From positions 1 through 64,000 of IMG/VR virus record IMGVR_UViG_3300023198_000833: DNA of 64,000 nt, one strand, 5' to 3'. Positions within the stretch are counted from its first letter, which is position 1. Each line of letters starts with the position of its first letter. The notes below the pieces were generated by a model. That model did not search any database and had not been told where the DNA came from. It was given only the letters and a program-made list of their open reading frames with translations. A program made the position numbers and the translations under genes. This DNA comes from a virus. Shown in pieces: positions 57,682-64,000 of this stretch.

Positions 57682-58124
57682 TACTCTATATAGCCTTTAA
57701 GAAATGCGGGAATCTCATCTTTCTTTAAGTACCCTTCGTTGACGACTTGGTTTGTGCCTTTGTCTACAACGGTATACTTACCGCCGGGCTTTAAGTAGAC
57801 TAAGCAGTTAGCCAATCGAGCGCCCGGAAATTGAATCGTTACGTCCCGTCCCAATACAGGCGGCGCGATAGCGACTGGCGTATCGGAGGCCGTACCTGTT
57901 AAGGCCGGTTCCTCCGATACATTAACGCCAGCTCGGAGAACGCTTACTTCAGATTCTGATAACTTTCGAAATTTATCTCGACCGAAATTCTTAACCAAAT
58001 CGCTTTCGGATTCTACAATGGGCATCTTCTTATCGACGATCTCATTGTTGTCACCTCGAATAAGTTCAACCTCGAATACTTCCGTAGCCTCGCGATGAAC
58101 TCCAAATAACAATTGAAAAAACAT
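57681..58124 (-). CDS. hypothetical virion protein (147 aa)
   Basis: Position. Confidence 0.3.
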   Translation of the reverse strand: MFFQLLFGVHREATEVFEVELIRGDNNEIVDKKMPIVESESDLVKNFGRDKFRKLSESEVSVLRAGVNVSEEPALTGTASDTPVAIAPPVLGRDVTIQFPGARLANCLVYLKPGGKYTVVDKGTNQVVNEGYLKKDEIPAFLKGYIE

Positions 58125-58170
58125 ATGACTATCCTTTCCAAACTAAGCAACCGTTTAACTGGCCTTACAG

Positions 58171-59226
58171 TTATACGCTACCGTGAACAATTCCGGTGTT
58201 CCCATTGATATCTGCCCGCAGCTGCGGTACCATGATCGTCATAACTTTGTAATTTTTCTGGAGACCACCCATGGTGTCCCATTCCAAAGTCATGACCTCA
58301 AGGCCAATGACAATACGCATGACCTCTGGGTTCATCTCGAGCATAACTGATTCGTAGCCGCTCAGATAATCCAGAGTTTTAATGTCGCTGATTCCGTCGA
58401 TTTCTTTAAGACGGTTACGCAGCGTTTTATTCGGATAACTTGTATTGAAGTCGTTATCCAAATACCGATCCCAGCCTGTAGCGAAGTACAGAGTCCATGG
58501 GCCGTAGTGCTTGTAGGTTTGAGATGTTTGTCGCATCTCCAAAACCTCATCCAACAGCGTAGCTGGGGTCCAGCCGGTAGCTGTGGGACTTGTCAGCGTT
58601 TGTGTGAGACGACCGGTATAATTTGTCATACCGTAAATCGTCCCGCCGCCGTAGGTGTACGTATCTAACGAACCTATGACGAGTTGTTCAACCATTTCTG
58701 CGACCTTACGACCGGCGAGTTCGCCCATTGTAGTATCGAGCGGCGCACCGCTTTGTCGAGATGTCTGAATCTGTCTCAGGCTGAATTGAAAATCTTTGTG
58801 AACGATTGGCAGTGGCAAGAACTGTGAATCGAATTGCGGGCGATCATCGTCACCGAGACGAATCCCGTCCATGCTAATCGACGCATCGTTGATGTCACTC
58901 ATCCGCTGATATTCGAGAACCGTAGTTCCCATACCATTGGGGATTCCATAGGTCAAGCCGGCGCTGCGTAAATCGGCTACAACTCTCAGGCGGTTTCTTG
59001 CTGCTCTGAGAATAGCTGTATCCAATTGCAGCCATGCTTCCTTCGTTAACGTTGCCGCATTCGTGCGAACCTTAGTAGGTACGCCGCCGCGGTTAAGTGT
59101 AACGTACGGAAGGCCGTCTTTACCTATCCATGGCCTCAGTGCTCCGACATCGAAATTGCAGGCAAGCAATTTTTCTTTAATGTCGTTTGAAGAGGCCGCT
59201 CCGTTAAACATAAAATCGATAGGCAT
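58171..59226 (-). CDS. putative major capsid protein (351 aa)
   Basis: Size, position downstream of the protease/scaffold and decoration genes. No explicit motif. Confidence 0.5.
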   Translation of the reverse strand: MPIDFMFNGAASSNDIKEKLLACNFDVGALRPWIGKDGLPYVTLNRGGVPTKVRTNAATLTKEAWLQLDTAILRAARNRLRVVADLRSAGLTYGIPNGMGTTVLEYQRMSDINDASISMDGIRLGDDDRPQFDSQFLPLPIVHKDFQFSLRQIQTSRQSGAPLDTTMGELAGRKVAEMVEQLVIGSLDTYTYGGGTIYGMTNYTGRLTQTLTSPTATGWTPATLLDEVLEMRQTSQTYKHYGPWTLYFATGWDRYLDNDFNTSYPNKTLRNRLKEIDGISDIKTLDYLSGYESVMLEMNPEVMRIVIGLEVMTLEWDTMGGLQKNYKVMTIMVPQLRADINGNTGIVHGSV

Positions 59227-59265
59227 CTATTTCTCCTTTCATAAAGAGAATAAAACGAGTTGCAA

Positions 59266-59709
59266 CTATTTGATACGTACTTTGACCAAAGTAATTGCGG
59301 TTGTGGTTATCGCCTCTTGTGCATAGGCAATAGTTTCTTGAACGGTAACCCCACTTGAAGCGTTATCGCGAGCTTTAAGAGTACCGTCGCCGGCACTAAT
59401 AAGCTGCTCTCCAATCGTGAGTGTCTCGCCGCTGGCGACTTGCATAATAAATTCGTCGCCCGGCATTGCGAGAGCAAGGAAGACCTGGTCGAGAGCGGAA
59501 TAATCATCCGTAACAGTATTGCCTTGAAGAGCATCTTCGAGAGCAATCATTTTCTCAGACCGTCCACCTTCAGTTGAGTGTGCTTGAACGGTGCCAGCTG
59601 CAATCTCTTCAGTAAGCATGCCCGGAGTAATTGTGCCAGCCGCCACGCGCTCTTCACCACGCCAGTAAAGGCCTTTGCTATGAATCTTTCGATACGTTGG
59701 CATATTCAA
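59266..59709 (-). CDS. putative head decoration protein (147 aa)
   Basis: Small Ala/Thr/Gly-rich protein between the scaffold and capsid genes. Confidence 0.35.
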   Translation of the reverse strand: MNMPTYRKIHSKGLYWRGEERVAAGTITPGMLTEEIAAGTVQAHSTEGGRSEKMIALEDALQGNTVTDDYSALDQVFLALAMPGDEFIMQVASGETLTIGEQLISAGDGTLKARDNASSGVTVQETIAYAQEAITTTAITLVKVRIK

Positions 59710-59725
59710 ACCTTTCTTTTAATGG

Positions 59726-61057
59726 TTATGCACTCTGGAAATTCATGACCGGTAATCCCAGCGGCTCTTCAGTGTTTGTGACTACAGCGTCTTCCTGTCC
59801 GAGATAATCAGGTTGATTATTATTCTCGGTAACAGGCGGTGCGGCCAGTCTTGCTAACGACTGTAGTTCAACGACTTGACACGCCTTGAGGTATTCCTCA
59901 GTGAACGTGTTTCGGCTATTGCCCGTAATAATGGCAATCAGCTTTGCTTTCTCACGCTGCAGCGATGCGACGCTCGAATTTAGCACCTCACGAATACCTT
60001 CAGGTGCATCGCTAATATACTGCTCCATTGTCTTCGGCACTGGAGTAGCGATATTAACGACGGGCTCGGTTACTGCCGGGCTCGGTTCCTCGTTGGCGAC
60101 GGGGGCGACCGCTTCAGGTGCCTTTATCGTCAACTCGAGTTGTTCTAACGCCTTATCATTCATCGCCATGAGTTCTTCGCGGTCATCGTCGGACCACGGA
60201 GTGTTCTCATTCGATATGAGGGCGTTCACGACTTTCTCTTTGTCCATTGTCGTTCCTTTCTCAATAACTTTGTCATTTCCCACAAACTTGCCGTCAGTGG
60301 CTTTACGATATTCTACAACTCTCACTACCTCTTCGACATCGTCAACGAGGGTAACCTCGTCTTCAGCATCGAGATAGCTTTGACGATACAATTTTACGTC
60401 TTTTTCAAATACGAAAAAGTTGTCATATACATCTTCAATCCAAACGTCATCTGCTATTAATACGGATAGTTTCATTCGAATCGAACCGTGACTCATTTCA
60501 TTCAATCGAAGTAAGCCAGCGCCGTCAGCGATTGAACAAGCACCTTTTGAATCTGGAAGTAAGGCAAGATGATCTAAAATCAAATTGCGTGCGGTGCCAA
60601 TATAAGGCTCGCCGTTCCATTCACCGGGCGTCCTATCCAGATTCATAAATAGGCCGGTACTTAATTCCATCATTTCATTTTGTTCGATAGCTACTGATAC
60701 GCGATTATCTACCTTCTCCATTCGAGCAGGTTCCAGCCAAGCTTCGCCTTTTACTTTCCCGTCGTCGAAACTTGATGACATGGTGATGCCCACTTTACGA
60801 GCAGATAATTCTGCAGGTTCACAGGCACTAACACCTTGCCCGTTCTGTACTGGATGATACACCACTACTGGACGATGATCCCATGCCGGTGTGATCTTAT
60901 CAAGTTCTTCTTTTGGATAAAAAATCGGACCATCGCTACCGTTGTGAACGCCTTCTGTAATCATAACCATCGGCGCTACTAAATAATCACGATCTTCCAT
61001 CTTTTCATTACGAACAGTTGCTTTAACATTCGTTGTAACAAATTGAAAGTCTGGCAT
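59726..61057 (-). CDS. putative prohead protease / scaffolding protein
   Basis: The start is trimmed to MPDFQF, which has a strong SD (AAGGAGAUCCA AUG). The listed start overlaps the Mu F gene by 150 nt. Acidic coiled-coil C-terminal half. Confidence 0.45.
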   Translation of the reverse strand: MPDFQFVTTNVKATVRNEKMEDRDYLVAPMVMITEGVHNGSDGPIFYPKEELDKITPAWDHRPVVVYHPVQNGQGVSACEPAELSARKVGITMSSSFDDGKVKGEAWLEPARMEKVDNRVSVAIEQNEMMELSTGLFMNLDRTPGEWNGEPYIGTARNLILDHLALLPDSKGACSIADGAGLLRLNEMSHGSIRMKLSVLIADDVWIEDVYDNFFVFEKDVKLYRQSYLDAEDEVTLVDDVEEVVRVVEYRKATDGKFVGNDKVIEKGTTMDKEKVVNALISNENTPWSDDDREELMAMNDKALEQLELTIKAPEAVAPVANEEPSPAVTEPVVNIATPVPKTMEQYISDAPEGIREVLNSSVASLQREKAKLIAIITGNSRNTFTEEYLKACQVVELQSLARLAAPPVTENNNQPDYLGQEDAVVTNTEEPLGLPVMNFQSA

Positions 61058-61068
61058 TGGATCTCCTT

Positions 61069-61935
61069 TTAATTTACTGTGCTTGCTATTACAGGTAACC
61101 ATGCGCATCGGCAATTTGGATGTAATGGAATCAAGCCATGAGCGTCCTCGACTGAGTAAACTTCGCCGCTCATTCCTTCGCACTGTTCGCATACTCGCTC
61201 GTCTTCGGCTGTTGACCATTCCACAAACGCTCCTACTTCTGTAATACCTAATCGGGTATAAGAATCTAATGAGCCTTCAGCATGCGCCCGTATAACTTCG
61301 GTACGTGCTAACACGCGAGCTCTTTTACTCGTTATTGTATCAATGGTCTTTGCCATCGTTCGAGCGATAGTCAAGGGATTCTCACCTCTTGCTAATCCAT
61401 CAGCTAATATTCTTGACATCTGTTGACTCATTGCAGTCGTTATTCCATTCAGTTCTTCAAAGGTACGTATCGAAACTAATCGAAGCTTGCTAACCATTTC
61501 TGGAGCAAAGAAACTTGATCGTATAAAACTTTCTTTAGTGCCTACGTACATTTTTTCAAATTGCGAATCAGTAACTAATTTATGCGTTTCAATATACGAC
61601 CGTTCTACGCCTCTGGTATACGCTGAACTTACATAATCAGAAGTCCATGGGTCACCTACAACATTGGTCGTCAATATGTTTTCGTCAATTTGAGATTTAA
61701 ACCAATTATTAAATTCAGTTAACTTACTTGGGTCAGATTGAAAATCGAACGTACGCAATTCAACATTTAAAGTTAGCGCATTGTCTCGACCAACGACCTT
61801 TAATATTATTCTTCTTAACTTTCCAAAACGTCGATTCATATCAGCAACAAAGGACCGACGTAAAAGAACTGTCCTTGTCGGATCAATCTTCAACGGGTTC
61901 TTTGCCATCGTCATCCTCAGGTTCTTTGTCGTCAA
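61069..61935 (-). CDS. Mu F-like head morphogenesis (minor capsid) protein
   Basis: C-terminal ...CEQCEGMSGEVYSVEDAHGLIPLHPNCRCAW is the Phage_Mu_F signature. Confidence 0.65.
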   Translation of the reverse strand: MTTKNLRMTMAKNPLKIDPTRTVLLRRSFVADMNRRFGKLRRIILKVVGRDNALTLNVELRTFDFQSDPSKLTEFNNWFKSQIDENILTTNVVGDPWTSDYVSSAYTRGVERSYIETHKLVTDSQFEKMYVGTKESFIRSSFFAPEMVSKLRLVSIRTFEELNGITTAMSQQMSRILADGLARGENPLTIARTMAKTIDTITSKRARVLARTEVIRAHAEGSLDSYTRLGITEVGAFVEWSTAEDERVCEQCEGMSGEVYSVEDAHGLIPLHPNCRCAWLPVIASTVN

Positions 61936-63232
61936 CCCATTTTGCTGCTTCTACTATCATTGCTTTCGCTTCTTCATCTGAATAATGCAATACCTTAGTT
62001 AAAAATTGTTCAGGCGGCATTAAAACATCGGCGCCCGAAGAGACATACTTGGACATCGCTTCTGTAGTGTCTTTAGCAATTTGTGATTGCTCTTTTTCGT
62101 CAAGCTCGTCTAATCGCGGCCATACAACCTCATATCCTTCGGGCGCCTCTATAATTCCAAACGATGAAATTCTATCTATAAACGGTCGAACAATTGACGG
62201 AGTAATAAATCCTACTTGTCTTTTTTCAACACGTCGATGCCATGTCTTAGTATCAGTTGTCGATGCCAGCTTCGCTTCCTCTGAACCTAAAAAGACTCGA
62301 TACGGTACGCCCATCGTTAATGAAATAGCTTTTACGTGTGTTGTAAAATGAGCAGTCGGATCGGCAACCTGTGGTGACAGCGATTTCGCTGATACACCGG
62401 TGACGGCCAAGTATCGCTGCAGGCCGTTTGAATATTTCAAAAATTCTTCACGTAATTCTTCTTTCTCGTCAGTGCTTAATGGTTCGTGTCGCTCAGGTGA
62501 AACTTCAAACGCGTATCCGGGAAAGCCGCCCTTCCAAAACATCTCACCGGAACCCGCCATTATTTTGCGAATGTCCCATAAGCGATTAAAGACTGGCCGC
62601 ATTCGAGGCTCACCAAATATATCACTGTTCAATGCGTTATCTGCAACATGAATAATTCTTGTCCAGTGAATCTCGCGTAAAGTACTGTCGAGCTGGCCTT
62701 GTTTATTTAAACTTTTAAGACCGTATACTGTAGGATGCCCGTACCTTGGCGATTTTGTATCGATCTCCGTTTCTTTAATTGTAATATAGTTCTCACTGTA
62801 CGGCTTAAGATATATTAGTTCTTTATTGTTACCTTCTACCGGTTCACTCAAATCTTTTCCATCATTGATGCCGAGCAATAAAACACCATATTGCCCAATG
62901 CCGCAAAGAATATCAAGCCTTTGTAAATAATGCCATATTTGATGTTTTTGTTCGAGATCTTTCCATGCTTTCTCGAATTTTGATTCTTGCGTGTCTTCAG
63001 TCTCTACAATTTCTGGAGTTACATTCCAGCATTCCTCAGGGAATAGCATAACAACTCGTGCACCGACGCCTTCTCGATCAAACATTGCTTGATAGTCGAA
63101 TATAGTTAATGTTTCAGGATAACCACATTCATAATTAATGTTACGATCTTGACTCATTAGTCGCTGCAATACTTCACGCTGCAACGTCGTAGCATTTGAT
63201 ACCATGAATCTTTGAAATTCGTTATCATTCAT
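61883..63232 (-). CDS. portal protein
   Basis: 449 aa, immediately downstream of the terminase, with an acidic C-terminus. Confidence 0.55.
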   Translation of the reverse strand: MNDNEFQRFMVSNATTLQREVLQRLMSQDRNINYECGYPETLTIFDYQAMFDREGVGARVVMLFPEECWNVTPEIVETEDTQESKFEKAWKDLEQKHQIWHYLQRLDILCGIGQYGVLLLGINDGKDLSEPVEGNNKELIYLKPYSENYITIKETEIDTKSPRYGHPTVYGLKSLNKQGQLDSTLREIHWTRIIHVADNALNSDIFGEPRMRPVFNRLWDIRKIMAGSGEMFWKGGFPGYAFEVSPERHEPLSTDEKEELREEFLKYSNGLQRYLAVTGVSAKSLSPQVADPTAHFTTHVKAISLTMGVPYRVFLGSEEAKLASTTDTKTWHRRVEKRQVGFITPSIVRPFIDRISSFGIIEAPEGYEVVWPRLDELDEKEQSQIAKDTTEAMSKYVSSGADVLMPPEQFLTKVLHYSDEEAKAMIVEAAKWVDDKEPEDDDGKEPVED

Positions 63233-64000
63233 AAAGCACCTACGTGAATAACGCCTTTAACTAATTTATTAAACGCTCCAGACGCGGCGTCAACTTGATC
63301 TTTATATTTCGACGCTGGAAAGAATCGATGCTCATCTAAAAATTCAGCGTTCCAACCAGCAGTGATCATATATACGTTGCCGCTATTTACTTGGTCGGCG
63401 AAAGGTCCCGCTCTCGAAACTTTATTACCTGTAGCTGAACCAACCTTCTCTGCTTGAATACGATAACCCGCCAAGTTTTTAATCGTATACATCGCTTGAT
63501 CTTTGCCACCACTGCCGGGTTCTTGCTCAATCCAAACGCGTACTTGATGCCCGTCTATCGCTGCTGTATTTTTAATTGTCGCTTCCCGCTCTTCCATCGC
63601 CCAACGTCCTCGCACTACGTCGAGAATCCAAAAGCGGTCGTCCATATCTTTACCCATTAAAACTCCAGCCGTGTAGGCGCCTGCATTCTGGGTCCCAGCT
63701 TTATCCCAATAACGGATACGGGCTTTCCATCGTACAGGCGCCGTGTCGACTGTAATTCGACCGGGCTTAAACATTGCACCTCCGCGAGGTACCGGTCTTT
63801 GTCCGAATTGTCCTGCATAGCCAAACTCACCTAATGCTTTAAAGTTTTCTCGCAGAACTTTTTGACTTAATCGATTCGGGTCCATCAACCCGTCAACGTA
63901 ATACTTTTTCAGGTCTGGTGGTTTAATCTCGTCTACAGATTCAGCTGGCAAGCAAATATGCCGAACAGTTTCGTATGTATCTAGCACGTGTTGAGTAGGA
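63229..64000 (-). CDS. terL: terminase large subunit, C-terminal nuclease domain (gene continues beyond the window)
   Basis: WIEQEPGSGGK ... YRIQAEKVGSATGNKVSRAGPFADQVNSGNV RNaseH-like nuclease motifs. No stop within the window. Confidence 0.7.
   Translation of the reverse strand, partial: PTQHVLDTYETVRHICLPAESVDEIKPPDLKKYYVDGLMDPNRLSQKVLRENFKALGEFGYAGQFGQRPVPRGGAMFKPGRITVDTAPVRWKARIRYWDKAGTQNAGAYTAGVLMGKDMDDRFWILDVVRGRWAMEEREATIKNTAAIDGHQVRVWIEQEPGSGGKDQAMYTIKNLAGYRIQAEKVGSATGNKVSRAGPFADQVNSGNVYMITAGWNAEFLDEHRFFPASKYKDQVDAASGAFNKLVKGVIHVGAL

Noticed and set aside
1-64000. CRISPR arrays, integrase/attachment sites or transposases.
   Set aside because: No direct-repeat/spacer periodicity and no recombinase-like ORF was seen. 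The only repeats are the 63-bp intragenic repeats, the hammerhead spacers and the inverted-repeat pair at 614-877.

Overview
This window reads as a contiguous stretch of a tailed-phage genome. Almost every gene is on the minus strand, so transcription runs from high to low coordinates. Coordinates within long genes and their internal repeats were read by hand and may be a few bases off. From right to left the order is:

- **Packaging and head module (about 57.7-64 kb):** terminase large subunit (truncated at the window end), portal, Mu F-like head morphogenesis protein, putative prohead protease/scaffold, decoration protein and major capsid protein.
- **Neck/tail module with embedded enzymes (about 52.4-57.7 kb):** structural proteins interrupted by a second CstII/GT42-like glycosyltransferase, a lipoprotein, a SAM methyltransferase, a GT-A-like protein and a Cys-rich metal-binding protein.
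- **Giant repeat protein (47.4-52.4 kb):** a 1666-aa protein built from dozens of 21-aa (63-bp) tandem repeats. Its C-terminal domain is paralogous to the adjacent 144-aa gene.
- **Siphovirus-like tail module (36.2-47.4 kb):** major tail protein, chaperones, tape measure and tip/fibre proteins.
- **Dense glycan-modification cluster (29.3-36.2 kb):** at least four GT-A/GT2-like glycosyltransferases, a CstII/GT42-like (nonulosonate-transferase-like) enzyme, three class-I SAM methyltransferases (one fused to a ParB/Srx-like domain) and a CxxxCxxC radical-SAM enzyme.
- **Replication and nucleotide-metabolism module (16.2-29.2 kb):** SNF2 helicase, putative SSB, primase-helicase, a MazG-like candidate dCTPase, a C5-cytosine-MTase-family protein, a thymidylate-synthase-family enzyme, a dNMP kinase, dCMP deaminase and a family-A DNA polymerase. 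The thymidylate-synthase homologue carries Asp at the ThyA Asn177-equivalent position, which predicts action on dCMP.
- **Early-gene block (12.7-15.8 kb):** small genes downstream of a consensus sigma70 promoter. Every intergenic spacer carries a type II hammerhead ribozyme, seven in all. Their stem II sequences co-vary and each has a loop I to 3'-flank pseudoknot.
- **RNA and repair region (8-11.4 kb):** tRNA-Lys(UUU), tRNA-fragment-like elements, a 5'-3' exonuclease and an ATP-dependent DNA ligase.
- **Sugar-activation module (1.2-7.6 kb):** cupin-APH-like kinase, NTP-transferase, HAD phosphatase, methyltransferase and MazG-like protein, followed by an SPFH protein.
- **AT-rich region (614-877):** an inverted-repeat-bounded segment containing an (ATA)n microsatellite.

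The most notable systems are the hammerhead-punctuated operon and an apparently T4-like but more elaborate DNA hypermodification and glycosylation apparatus.
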